From Bacteriovoracia bacterium (lineage in GTDB: Bacteria; Bdellovibrionota; UBA1018; CAIPTA01): a stretch of DNA of 64,000 nt. The stretch's first letter is position 1. Each line of letters starts with the position of its first letter. The notes below the pieces were generated by a model. The model was given only the letters and a program-made list of their open reading frames with translations, had not been told where the DNA came from and did not search any database. A program made the position numbers and the translations under genes. The stretch spans positions 160,001 to 224,000 of the forward strand of contig JBFWVL010000003.1 in assembly GCA_050246755.1 (NCBI GenBank), written 5' to 3'. Below are positions 9,451 through 19,298 of this stretch, piece by piece.

Positions 9451-9750
9451 TTAGGACTTGTGATGATCCTTCACGATTTCCTTATGCTTGCGGAGCTGCG
9501 TTTCCACGCGATCCACGGCCTCTTCGATCGAAGAGAGCAAATTGTGGGCACGGGCCTCGCCGAAATAATCGCCGTTCTTGCCGTTCACGTGCAGATGAGA
9601 AACGTGCTCTTCGGCTTCGTAGGAGATCACCCACTTGGCGTGGAATTTCCCTTCAAAGTATTTGTCGAGCTTGGAGGTCTTGTCCTGCAAGAAATCCTTG
9701 ATCTCGGCGCCTTTGGTTTGCGTATTTTTTAGGGTGAAGTCCATTTGCAT
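9451..9750 (-). CDS. hpf: Ribosome hibernation promoting factor (HPF/RaiA)
   Basis: KLDKYF...SIEEAVDRVETQLRKHK; canonical position downstream of rpoN. Confidence 0.85.
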   Translation of the reverse strand: MQMDFTLKNTQTKGAEIKDFLQDKTSKLDKYFEGKFHAKWVISYEAEEHVSHLHVNGKNGDYFGEARAHNLLSSIEEAVDRVETQLRKHKEIVKDHHKS

Positions 9751-9759
9751 AAAAGCTCC

Positions 9760-11271
9760 TTAGAACAATTTCTTCCTTCGGGCCGAGCTGAGAATATTCA
9801 TGCTCTCCCGATATTTGGCCACCGTGCGACGCGCGATCTCGATCCCGTCTTCCTGGAGGAGTTCCACCAGTTTCTGGTCGGAAAGAGGACGCTTATTGTC
9901 TTCCTTGCCGATCAAGCTGCGTATCTTTTCCTTCACGCTCTCGCTGGCCACATCGCCCGAGCCATCGCCCGAAGAGATGCCGCTGTTGAAGAAGTATTTT
10001 AACTCAAAAGTGCCCACCGGCGTATGGACATATTTGTTGGTGGTAACACGGGAGATCGTACTCTCGTGCACGCCGATGTCCACGGCTACTTCGCGGAGCA
10101 CCATGGGCTTGAGGAAGTGTACGCCCTTGTCGAAGAAGTCGCGCTGGTACTTAACAATGCTCTCCATTACCCGGTAAATCGTCTTCTGGCGGTTGTGGAT
10201 GGACTTAATGAGCCATACGGCGGCGCGCAATTTGTCTTGTAAATATTCCTTAGTGAGCTTGGGGTCGCCCTTACCGTGGGCTTTTGCCTCAGCCTTAGCC
10301 TGGATTAGAATTTTCTTGTAGTAAGCGGACACGCGAAGTTTGGGCAAACCATCTTCGTTGAGCTGGATGGCGAAATCGTCAGCCACCTTATATACGTATA
10401 CATCGGGCACGATATAGTGCGTGTCGCTTCCGCCGCCGAAGCTGCGGCCTGGTTTCGGATCGAACTCTTCTTTGATCTGGCGGGCGGCTTCTTTCAAATC
10501 TTCTTCCGGCGCGCCGGTGGCCTTGGTGATCGCGGCCACGTTGCGCTTCTCAAGATCTTCGAGGTGGTTGCGGATGATGTTCACCACGAGAGAATCTTTG
10601 TCGTAGAGCAATTCGGCTTGCACGAGGAGGCACTCGCGCAGATCACGGGCGGCCACGCCGATGGGATCGAAGCGCTGGATGATCTTCAAAACTTCTTCCG
10701 CGTCTTCCATTTCGAAATTCAATTCGCGGCAGATGTCTTCGAGGGAGCCGATGAAGAACCCATCGTCGCTGAGGTTACCCACAATCATCTTGGCGAGGGT
10801 ACGCTCCTGATCCGTGAGATCCGACATATTGATCTGCCACTCGAGGTGAGAGACAAGGTCGGTAACACCGGCCACCATGTTTTCGTAATTGGGCAGCTCG
10901 TCGGGAATCTCGCGGGTGCTCGGCAACGCTGGGCCGGAGGCGAAATTCTCCATGTACTCTTCCCAGTCGATCTCGCCTTTTCCATCCACGATCTTCTCTT
11001 CACCCTGAGGCGAGAGCATCTCTTCCGCGGTGGTGCCTTCGGCCTCGCGGGTTTCCATATTCTCTAAATTTTCTTTGGCTTCGCCGCCCTCATCTTCGTA
11101 GGCATCGAGCTCGGCCACTTCCTCGAGACAAGGATTTTCTACCAGCTCCTGGTTGATCAGCTCGGTCATCTCCAGGCGATTCAGCTGCAGCAGCTTGATC
11201 GCCTGCTGGAGCTGAGGGGTCATTACGAGGCTCTGACCTAGCTTTAGACTCTGTTTGATTTCAAATGCCAT
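9760..11271 (-). CDS. rpoN: RNA polymerase sigma-54 factor
   Basis: MTPQLQQAIKLLQL, HESTISR and RpoN box ARRTVAKYRE. Confidence 0.98.
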   Translation of the reverse strand: MAFEIKQSLKLGQSLVMTPQLQQAIKLLQLNRLEMTELINQELVENPCLEEVAELDAYEDEGGEAKENLENMETREAEGTTAEEMLSPQGEEKIVDGKGEIDWEEYMENFASGPALPSTREIPDELPNYENMVAGVTDLVSHLEWQINMSDLTDQERTLAKMIVGNLSDDGFFIGSLEDICRELNFEMEDAEEVLKIIQRFDPIGVAARDLRECLLVQAELLYDKDSLVVNIIRNHLEDLEKRNVAAITKATGAPEEDLKEAARQIKEEFDPKPGRSFGGGSDTHYIVPDVYVYKVADDFAIQLNEDGLPKLRVSAYYKKILIQAKAEAKAHGKGDPKLTKEYLQDKLRAAVWLIKSIHNRQKTIYRVMESIVKYQRDFFDKGVHFLKPMVLREVAVDIGVHESTISRVTTNKYVHTPVGTFELKYFFNSGISSGDGSGDVASESVKEKIRSLIGKEDNKRPLSDQKLVELLQEDGIEIARRTVAKYRESMNILSSARRKKLF

Positions 11272-11283
11272 CTTCGTAAACCT

Positions 11284-12006
11284 TTATAAGCGGAAATCTT
11301 GGCCGAGGTAGCTGGCGCGGGCCTTCTCGCTTTTCGCGATGTCCGCGGGAAGTCCCTGCTCCTCGATGAGACCCGAGATTAATATATACGCAACGTCGCA
11401 TATTTTCAGCGTTTCGCGCACATTGTGGTCGGTGATCAAGATGCCCACGCCTTTGTCGCGGAGCGCCGCAATAAGCTTCTGAATATCGCCCACCGCAATT
11501 GGGTCAATGCCCGCAAATGGCTCATCGAGCAGGAGGAAATCGGGCTTTAGCGCGAGGGCACGGGCAATCTCCACCCGGCGCCGCTCTCCCCCGGAAAGCA
11601 GGGAACCATGGGTTCCGGAAACACGCTGGAGATTGAACTCTTCGATGAGTTCACGGGTGCGGGTTTCACAGTAGCTCTCCGGATGCTCCTGGGCTTCCAG
11701 CACGGCGTAGATATTCTGGTAAACGGTGAGGCGGCGAAAAACGGAGGCCTCCTGCGGCAAATATCCCAGGCCGGCCCGGGCGCGCTCGTGCATGGAAAGC
11801 GCGGTAATATCCTTATCATCGATTTTCACGGTGCCTTCGTCGGGGCCGAGTAGCCCTACCACCATATAGAAGCTCGTAGTTTTTCCGGCCCCGTTCGGCC
11901 CAAGCAGCCCCACCACTTTTCCCTGCGGAACTTCGAAGGATACGCCGCGCACGGCGAGGTGGGTTTTAAAACTTTTCTTCAAGTTGCTGGCGCGAAGGTA
12001 TTTCAT
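11284..12006 (-). CDS. lptB: LPS export ABC transporter ATPase
   Basis: GPNGAGKTT, GYLPQEASVF, LSGGERRRVEIARAL, LITDHNVRETL. Confidence 0.96.
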   Translation of the reverse strand: MKYLRASNLKKSFKTHLAVRGVSFEVPQGKVVGLLGPNGAGKTTSFYMVVGLLGPDEGTVKIDDKDITALSMHERARAGLGYLPQEASVFRRLTVYQNIYAVLEAQEHPESYCETRTRELIEEFNLQRVSGTHGSLLSGGERRRVEIARALALKPDFLLLDEPFAGIDPIAVGDIQKLIAALRDKGVGILITDHNVRETLKICDVAYILISGLIEEQGLPADIAKSEKARASYLGQDFRL

Positions 12007-13016
12007 GGAATCAGTTCTTCATCTTCCTTGGTGAGCGGAGCCGCGGGCGGAGCGCTCTTTTGCAAAACCGACTTATGCTGAGGGGTCGCGGCGGCATTTG
12101 CCGCCGAAACTTCCACCACGCCGGTCGTGCGGTACAAGGTAATCTTATCACCGGTCACCGCATCATCTCCATTATAAACCGAGGGATATCCGCTAAGTAC
12201 CACGGTGTCGGTGGGGGCGAAAAACTCCGCCACCTGCGATCGTGTATAGCGCCCCTTCTGCTCGGTGATCTTCACGTCGCCGGTGATGGACATATAGCGC
12301 ACGCCCTGCTCTTTCCTCGTATAGAAAAACTCGGCGTTCTGGCCGGTCGCCACCATCTTGTCCTGATCCACCTGCACGTTGTTCTGGAACAAAACTTTCT
12401 CGCGCTCGCGGTCTACCTCCGCCTTATCGCCCCGCACCCTGGTGAGGCCGTGCTTCTTCTCGTTGTAGTTGGCGCGGGCGTCGCCGATTAAATAAATTTT
12501 AGTGTCGTTGAGGTAACTCTCGGCGCGGTTGCCCCATACCTGCATGTCTTTTTCCTTCGACTCGCCCTCCACGGGCTTGGGGGCCACGAAGAATTTCTTT
12601 TCCAGCTGGTATTCGGCTTCCGGGCCGGTCATCACGAAGCCGTCGGCCGATTCGCTGCGCACGTTGTCGAGCAGGTGCATGCGACGCTCGTTCATGAAGA
12701 ACTCGGCGCGGTCGGCGGTCACTTTCGTCTTTTGATTTTGGTCGTTGTAGAAATAAGCCGTCACGATTTTTGCGTCCATGCGCTTGGTTTGCATGTCGAA
12801 GGCGGCGTCCTGCGACTGACTCTCCATTTCCACGCGGCCGTCCTTCACCGAAACGTAACGCGCGTTGGTCATGGCGTAGTCGGGAACGGCGAGCGAACCA
12901 TCGCGGCGGGTGGCGTAGAATCCCCCGAGATCGCGGGGCCAGAGCATCCAAATGGTAACGAAGAGGATGAATCCGGCGGCGTAGTGGAAGATGGTCAGAA
13001 GGCGAGCCTGGCTCAT
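12003..13016 (-). CDS. LptC-LptA(OstA)-like multi-jellyroll LPS transport protein
   Basis: One N-terminal TM segment, repeated beta-rich units, C-terminal LSGYPSVYNGDDAVTGDKITLY (LptA-like); lies between kdsC and lptB. Confidence 0.85.
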   Translation of the reverse strand: MSQARLLTIFHYAAGFILFVTIWMLWPRDLGGFYATRRDGSLAVPDYAMTNARYVSVKDGRVEMESQSQDAAFDMQTKRMDAKIVTAYFYNDQNQKTKVTADRAEFFMNERRMHLLDNVRSESADGFVMTGPEAEYQLEKKFFVAPKPVEGESKEKDMQVWGNRAESYLNDTKIYLIGDARANYNEKKHGLTRVRGDKAEVDREREKVLFQNNVQVDQDKMVATGQNAEFFYTRKEQGVRYMSITGDVKITEQKGRYTRSQVAEFFAPTDTVVLSGYPSVYNGDDAVTGDKITLYRTTGVVEVSAANAAATPQHKSVLQKSAPPAAPLTKEDEELIP

Positions 13017-13555
13017 GGCTTCTTCGCGGGCTTGGTGGCGAGGAGCAGCTCACAGACTTCCCGCACGGCGCCGAAACCGCCCGGCTTCTTCGTGACGTAG
13101 TGGGCGGAGCTCTTCACGGTGGCGGGCGCATGCGGGGGCGTGGCGGCAAAACCGACTTGCTGGAGCACGGGAATATCGAAAAGCTCATCACCCATATAGG
13201 CGCACTCGTCGCGGGTGACGCCCACGTCGGCCAGAATCTTGGCGAAGGCATGCAGCTTATTTTCGTCGCCGAAATACGCGTGCTTGATTTGCAGCGACTC
13301 GGCCCGCTTTTTGTGGCTGAGGAAAGATCCGCCGGAAATCACACCGATCTCGTAGCCCGCGCGCTGGAGCAGCTTGATGCCGAAGCCGTCGATCACGTTG
13401 TAGTGCGCGCCCCACCCCGTGCCTTCCACGTAGAACATCGAGCCGTCGGTCATCACGCCGTCGATGTCGAACACCACGAGTTTGATTTTTTTCAGCGCGC
13501 TTTGCAGCGCCTTTCCGGTGAGCTTTTTGCGGCCAGGCTTTCCTACTATGGGCAT
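13013..13555 (-). CDS. kdsC: KDO 8-phosphate phosphatase
   Basis: FDIDGVMTDG, YMGDELFD and GGFGAVRE motifs. Confidence 0.94.
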   Translation of the reverse strand: MPIVGKPGRKKLTGKALQSALKKIKLVVFDIDGVMTDGSMFYVEGTGWGAHYNVIDGFGIKLLQRAGYEIGVISGGSFLSHKKRAESLQIKHAYFGDENKLHAFAKILADVGVTRDECAYMGDELFDIPVLQQVGFAATPPHAPATVKSSAHYVTKKPGGFGAVREVCELLLATKPAKKP

Positions 13556-13714
13556 GGGATTATTCTAGCATCGAGCGCGCGAGAAGGTTACCGGGCGGCA
13601 GGTAACCCGATCATTTCGTTGCGCATATTACGTTGTAGAAGCCATGCGTTAATTCATAAGTAGCTGAGGCTGCTTACAAAAAACTTTATACTTCGCGATT
13701 TGTCGCGCAACAAC

Positions 13715-14542
13715 TCAAGCGCTAGCGCTACGAATCGCCTCGAGCCGCTTCAGCAAACGGCCCGCATCCGCGAGCGGCCAGCAGGAAGGGCCATCGCATT
13801 TTGCTTTGGCGGGATCGGGATGAAACTCCAGGAACACTCCGTCGGCCCCGGCCGCCACCGCGCAGGCCGCGATCACTTCCACTCCGCTGCGGCGCCCGCC
13901 GGTGGAAGCGCCCTGGCCCCCCGGCAGCTGAACCGCGTGGGTGGCATCGATCGTAACGGGAGCGCCGAGCCCGCGCATGTCGGGAATGCCGAGCATATCT
14001 ACCACGAGATTATTATAGCCAAAGCTCACGCCGCGCTCGCAGAGGATCGTGAGATCGCGGGAAGGCGCGGCCTCTTTGATCTTGGTGAGGATATTTTTGC
14101 AATCGAGGGGCGCGAGGAATTGGCCCTTCTTCACGTGCAAGAGCCCCCCACTTTTTTCCACCGCGCGCGCCGAGGCCACCACGAGATCGGTCTGGCGGCA
14201 AAGGAAGGCCGGAATCTGCACGATCTCAGCCACGGCGGCGAGGGCTTCGGCCTGCTCCGGCTCGTGGATATCAGTGATAACGGGCAAATTAAATTTCCCC
14301 TTCACCGCTTCGAGAATTTTTAAACCTTTTTCCATTCCGGGGCCGCGAAAGCTTTTGATCGAAGAGCGATTGGCCTTATCGAAGCTGGCCTTGAAAATAA
14401 AACCGCGCGGCACCACCCGCTTCAATTCCGTGGCCACCTCGAAAGCCAGGCCTTCGTCTTCCAGCACGTTCAAGCCGAGCATGTACGCGAGGGGCTCGCC
14501 GTCGCCGATGGACCAATTGTATTTTTTCAGGCTGAGTTTCAT
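13715..14542 (-). CDS. kdsA: KDO 8-phosphate synthase
   Basis: FKASFDKANRSS, QIPAFLCRQTDL, KKGQFL and DATHAVQ motifs. Confidence 0.97.
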   Translation of the reverse strand: MKLSLKKYNWSIGDGEPLAYMLGLNVLEDEGLAFEVATELKRVVPRGFIFKASFDKANRSSIKSFRGPGMEKGLKILEAVKGKFNLPVITDIHEPEQAEALAAVAEIVQIPAFLCRQTDLVVASARAVEKSGGLLHVKKGQFLAPLDCKNILTKIKEAAPSRDLTILCERGVSFGYNNLVVDMLGIPDMRGLGAPVTIDATHAVQLPGGQGASTGGRRSGVEVIAACAVAAGADGVFLEFHPDPAKAKCDGPSCWPLADAGRLLKRLEAIRSASA

Positions 14543-14904
14543 TTTTCCTCCGCGGGAATCGGGCTCTGCGCCTGGATGAACCAGGTGCGCCCATTCGTGG
14601 ACATTTTAAATCGATAGTTGAGGGCATCGGGCGCCAAAGTGAGCAGGCAGGAATACATCCGGCATTTGTCCTGCTCCACACCGAGCTCGTTCAGGGCCGC
14701 CGAATACTTTCCCCGCTCGGAACGCAGAAGATTCTGGGCGGAGAAAACGTCGATGAAAACCATCCCCATCTCCGGGGGAATATCGCTCTTATCGGCCCGC
14801 ATATCGCGCGCCACCTGCACGGCCATCACGATTCCACCGGCGAGCGCGATCAGCCCCACGCCGAAAAAGCCCCAAACCACCGGCTTTTCGCGCATGGGGA
14901 TCAT
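14539..14904 (-). CDS. Small membrane-anchored pilin-like hypothetical protein
   Basis: N-terminal TM segment, [20 protein letters not shown] and a Cys pair; ATGA overlaps with both pyrG and kdsA. Confidence 0.65.
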   Translation of the reverse strand: MIPMREKPVVWGFFGVGLIALAGGIVMAVQVARDMRADKSDIPPEMGMVFIDVFSAQNLLRSERGKYSAALNELGVEQDKCRMYSCLLTLAPDALNYRFKMSTNGRTWFIQAQSPIPAEEK

Positions 14905-16529
14905 TTCTTTTTCGCCTGGAGCGAAGCCGCCACGAAACTCGAGAAAAGCGGATGCGGGCTTAGGGGTTTGGACTTAAATTCGGGGTGAAATTGACAGCCC
15001 ACGAAGTAAGGATGTTCGCGTAGCTCGATCATCTCCACGAGCCCGCCCTTGGTTTTCACCCGGGGATCACGGCAGAAGCCCGAAAAGGTCATGCCCTTGG
15101 TGGCGATCTCATCGCGGAAGATATTCGACACTTCGTAACGATGGCGGTGGCGCTCGGAGATCTCGCTTTTTTTATAGGCTTCAAAGGCCTTGGTGCCGGC
15201 CACGAGCTCGCATTCCCAGTTACCGAGACGCATGGTGCCGCCCATTTTATCCACGCCCTTTTGGTCTTCCATCAAGTCGATCACGAGGTGCTCGGAATCG
15301 GGATGGAACTCGGCGGAGGAGGCATCTTTCCAGCCTACGATATTGCGGGCGTACTCGATCACCGCCACCTGCATGCCGAGGCAGATCCCGAAGAACGGTT
15401 TTTTATTTTCGCGCGCGTATTTCACGGCCGCAATCTTGCCTTCGATCCCGCGCACGCCGAAACCACCGGGCACGAGGATCCCGTCCACTTTCATGAGCGC
15501 AGCCTCGAGGGTCTTGTTCTTGTGCATTTCTTCGGCGTCGAGGAACTCTAATTTTACGGTGCAGCTATTGGCAATCCCGCCGTGGAATAAGGCCTCGTTG
15601 AGGCTCTTATAGCTTTCTTTCAGGTCCACGTATTTGCCGACCACGCCGATCGTTACTTCGTGCTTGGGGTGATGGATCTTATCCTGGATCGCCTCCCAGG
15701 CGCCCACGTTGGGGCTCGAGGTCCACATCCCGAGGATTTCCACGATTTTTTCGTCCACGCCTTCTTTGTGGAGATTAAGCGGAACTTCGTAGATCGAAGG
15801 GGCGTCCTGCGCGGTGAATACGCGGGAAGATTCCAGGTTACAAAACAATCCGATCTTGGCCTTGATCTCCTTGGAAAGCGGGCGGTCGGTGCGGCAGAGC
15901 AAAATATCGGCTTCGATCCCTTCGTGGCGCAGCTGGGCCACAGAGTGCTGGGTGGGTTTGGTTTTCAGCTCGCCGGCCGCGGCGATATAGGGCACGAGCG
16001 TGAGATGCACGTAGAGCACGTTTTCTCTTCCCACCTCGAACTTCATCTGGCGGATCGCTTCCACGAAGGGAAGGGACTCGATATCGCCCACGGTGCCGCC
16101 CACTTCCACGAGTGCCACGTCGGCGCCATTGGCGGCGTCCATGATCCGACGTTTGATCTCATCGGTGATATGCGGAATCACCTGCACGGTTTGGCCCAGG
16201 TATTTTCCTTTGCGCTCGGCCTGGATCACGCTGTCGTATACCTGGCCGGTGGTGAAATTATTTTTCTTGGAGAGCTGCACGGTGGTGAAACGCTCGTAGT
16301 GGCCGAGATCGAGGTCGCACTCGGTGCCGTCTTCGAGCACGAATACCTCGCCGTGCTGGGTGGGATTCATGGTACCAGGATCCACGTTGATGTAAGGATC
16401 CATCTTGAGCATGGTCACTTTGATTCCGCGCGCTTCGAGCAACGCGCCGATCGAAGCCGCCGCCAGGCCCTTGCCGAGCGAGCTCACTACTCCGCCGGTA
16501 ACAAAAATAAATTTTTTCTGCTTCGCCAT
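14901..16529 (-). CDS. pyrG: CTP synthase
   Basis: [28 protein letters not shown] and QFHPEF motifs. Confidence 0.99.
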   Translation of the reverse strand: MAKQKKFIFVTGGVVSSLGKGLAAASIGALLEARGIKVTMLKMDPYINVDPGTMNPTQHGEVFVLEDGTECDLDLGHYERFTTVQLSKKNNFTTGQVYDSVIQAERKGKYLGQTVQVIPHITDEIKRRIMDAANGADVALVEVGGTVGDIESLPFVEAIRQMKFEVGRENVLYVHLTLVPYIAAAGELKTKPTQHSVAQLRHEGIEADILLCRTDRPLSKEIKAKIGLFCNLESSRVFTAQDAPSIYEVPLNLHKEGVDEKIVEILGMWTSSPNVGAWEAIQDKIHHPKHEVTIGVVGKYVDLKESYKSLNEALFHGGIANSCTVKLEFLDAEEMHKNKTLEAALMKVDGILVPGGFGVRGIEGKIAAVKYARENKKPFFGICLGMQVAVIEYARNIVGWKDASSAEFHPDSEHLVIDLMEDQKGVDKMGGTMRLGNWECELVAGTKAFEAYKKSEISERHRHRYEVSNIFRDEIATKGMTFSGFCRDPRVKTKGGLVEMIELREHPYFVGCQFHPEFKSKPLSPHPLFSSFVAASLQAKKK

Positions 16530-16535
16530 TCGCCC

Positions 16536-17282
16536 CTACCCCTCACGCCGGAAGATTTCCCGCGCCTTTTCTAAATCCGATTCCGTATCCACGCTTTGCC
16601 CACCCGCGGCCGTGCGTCCCATGCCGATCTTGATCCCGTTATGCAGCGCCCGCAGCTGCTCGAGGCTTTCGGCACGCTCGATCACGGGCTGGCTCCAAGT
16701 GGGGAATTCTAGCAGAAAGCTGCGCTGATACACGTAGATCCCCAGATGTTTTCCGAAGAAAGGATCTTTCAGCAGCTCTTCGTCGCTGAGCGCATTTTGC
16801 CGGAAGGGAATAGCGTAGCGCGAAAAATAAATCGCGTTCGAATTTTTATCTGTAATTACTTTTACGTTCGAAGGCTCAAGCACTTCTTCCCAGGTTTTGA
16901 AGCTCGTATAAGCGGACCCCATCTGGCAGCCGCGTTTTAAAACGGGATCAAGCGCGGCCTCGATGGCGAGCGGGCTCATCACGGGCTCGTCGCCCTGGAG
17001 GTTCACGATGATTTCTTCCGGGAGATTTTTCGCCGCGAAGGCCACGCGTTCCGTGCCGGACTGGAGCTCGGGAGTCATCACGGCCTCAAAGCCTGCGCTC
17101 TTCACGACACTTAGGATTTCTTCGGAATCGGTGGCCACCAGGATACGGTTCACGCTCTTCACGCGCTGCGCGCGCTCAGCCACCCGAACTACCATGGGCT
17201 GCCCTTCAATATCCGCCAGCGCTTTTCGGGCCAGTCTCGTGCTCCCGAGTCGCGCCGGAATGATCAAGGCGACTTTGCTCAT
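16536..17282 (-). CDS. kdsB: CMP-KDO synthetase
   Basis: IPARLGSTRL, SGTER, NLQGDEP and LEQLRAL motifs. Confidence 0.96.
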   Translation of the reverse strand: MSKVALIIPARLGSTRLARKALADIEGQPMVVRVAERAQRVKSVNRILVATDSEEILSVVKSAGFEAVMTPELQSGTERVAFAAKNLPEEIIVNLQGDEPVMSPLAIEAALDPVLKRGCQMGSAYTSFKTWEEVLEPSNVKVITDKNSNAIYFSRYAIPFRQNALSDEELLKDPFFGKHLGIYVYQRSFLLEFPTWSQPVIERAESLEQLRALHNGIKIGMGRTAAGGQSVDTESDLEKAREIFRREG

Positions 17283-17365
17283 GGGATTTTATCCTACTAG
17301 AGTAGACGCCAAAGGGTAAGAGAAACCGCGACTAACGCGGGCGATTGGACGGCCGCAGCACGATC

Positions 17366-19258
17366 CTAGCTCTTGGGAGTTCCACAATGGTCGGCTACGC
17401 GCCGATAACTTTGCTCATAGGCCGACCAACGAGTACCGGGATTCAGCTTCCTCAGCAATGCAACTGCCCGGGAACAGTTCTTTTCCAGAACGGCGATGCC
17501 GACCAAGGCTTCCCTCGCCCGCCACTTCATCGTTTCCGGAATTTCGGACTCTTCGATATCGAGAAGGAAATTTTTTAGTGTGAGCCGCGCCCCTCTGCTC
17601 ACCCTTAGCCGCACAACTTCCAGCTTCCAGGGATTTCCCGAATTTTTAATTTCCGCGAAACTAGGCCGGCTGCGCTTATAGCGAACTTCGGCCAAAGATT
17701 TTTCCGTTTGCTCTTTCCTTGCCACCAAGAAAATATTTTGGGGCTCAGCCCCTTTCTCCTCGAGCGCCTCGATCATGATCTGGGCCTGCGTGGTGGCGCG
17801 CTCTATCGCCTGCCACTCGCCCACGAAGCGCATCCCGCGCGCCTGCGATCCGTAGTATTCCCGCATCGTAAAACCGGTAAGGGAATACGTTCGGCCCGAG
17901 CTCAAGGCAAACATGAAGGCCCAGTCTCCGGCCTGCCCTTCTTTTTCTAGCCAAGCATACAACGCCGGAATGCCCATATCCTGCTCTTTGAACGTTTCGG
18001 CGCTGGCCCTTGCTAGATAGGCGGCCGCGGGCAATAGCAAGCAACCCAATGCCACGGCTTTCATCCTATGGTTTCGCGTAAAATCGAGACCGCCATCGAC
18101 ACCATACGCGAGCGCGGCGAGGTAAAGGGGAACGCCGAGTAAAAGATAGCGCTGGTAAAAAATAAAATTCACCACCGTGCCGAATACGAGCAAAAGCAGG
18201 ATGGGAAAAATTAGGGCCACGGCCGCGATCAAAAACGGAAAGCGCGAGCCCGAGCGGCGGAGGAAAAAAAATGGAAAGGGCAAAACGGCCAACGGCATCA
18301 GCCACGGATACTCCAGCACGGATCTGCCCACCTCCACGAATCTGGGTAGCAGGCTCCATAGCGATTTCCACTGCGGGAACGCGTGGAGGTATTCGTCCCG
18401 CATGGCAAAAATCGTCAGCTGAAAAGGAAGAAAGAGCAGCGCGACCAGCAGTAAAGAAAGAGCCGGCTTCCATCGCTCTTTACCCTTCATGATAGCCCAG
18501 AGGAGCGAAAAAGTTCCGGCGATCAGGGCCGGTTGTAGGGAAAGGGAAAGAAAGAAAAAAAGATTCGTAGCACACAACCCCACCCACGCGCGGCGGGAAG
18601 AAGTTTCCAGATCCAGGGAGGCGTGCAGGTAGAGCAGCAGAAAAAAGACTCCGCTTGTATAAGGACGCGCTTCCACGGCGTACGCCAGCAACCAAGGATT
18701 GCCGACGAAAAAAGCCGCGCCGATCAAGGCCACCGCCGGGCTGCGGCAAGTGCGAAGCAAGAGGAGCGCGAATAGGGGCACGCTCAGGGAAGCCAAAGTG
18801 GTGGAAAAAATGCGAAGACCGAAAAGATTCGTGCCGAATAATTTACGCCCCAGCAGAGAGAGGTAATAAAAAAACGGGGGCTGCTGTACCCAGGCGGCCA
18901 TTTGCGCCGTGCTGTGGGAAAAAAACAAACGCCCGCTATTGATGTCCTCGTCTTGCGAGGGCACCAGGCTTTCCAGGTGCCGGAAACGGAGATACGCGCC
19001 GAAGGCCGTAAGCAAAATGGCGCCGAATATCCACCAGAGGGGCACCGCCTGCTTTCCTTCCGCGGAATAGGAATAGAACATTGCCGCGGCGCCCACACTC
19101 ACCAGAACCAGGTAATAGAGGCCCAGGGCCTCATGGTTCCCCCAAAGGAGAGTGGAGGCTAAAGCCGCGATCACGGCTAGCCCCGCCACCAACAGGCCCG
19201 TGGCGCGCGCCACTCCGCCCGCGGAAAGCAGAAGGTTTTGCTGAACGTTGATCTTCAT
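17366..19258 (-). CDS. GT-C (ArnT/PMT-like, GT39/83) membrane glycosyltransferase
   Basis: Many TM segments; QDE acidic pair in the first loop, QQPPFFY and EARPY motifs. Confidence 0.8.
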   Translation of the reverse strand: MKINVQQNLLLSAGGVARATGLLVAGLAVIAALASTLLWGNHEALGLYYLVLVSVGAAAMFYSYSAEGKQAVPLWWIFGAILLTAFGAYLRFRHLESLVPSQDEDINSGRLFFSHSTAQMAAWVQQPPFFYYLSLLGRKLFGTNLFGLRIFSTTLASLSVPLFALLLLRTCRSPAVALIGAAFFVGNPWLLAYAVEARPYTSGVFFLLLYLHASLDLETSSRRAWVGLCATNLFFFLSLSLQPALIAGTFSLLWAIMKGKERWKPALSLLLVALLFLPFQLTIFAMRDEYLHAFPQWKSLWSLLPRFVEVGRSVLEYPWLMPLAVLPFPFFFLRRSGSRFPFLIAAVALIFPILLLLVFGTVVNFIFYQRYLLLGVPLYLAALAYGVDGGLDFTRNHRMKAVALGCLLLPAAAYLARASAETFKEQDMGIPALYAWLEKEGQAGDWAFMFALSSGRTYSLTGFTMREYYGSQARGMRFVGEWQAIERATTQAQIMIEALEEKGAEPQNIFLVARKEQTEKSLAEVRYKRSRPSFAEIKNSGNPWKLEVVRLRVSRGARLTLKNFLLDIEESEIPETMKWRAREALVGIAVLEKNCSRAVALLRKLNPGTRWSAYEQSYRRVADHCGTPKS

Positions 19259-19298
19259 TTCTTCAGGGATGCTACCACTGGGTGGCTTTTCGCCAAAG

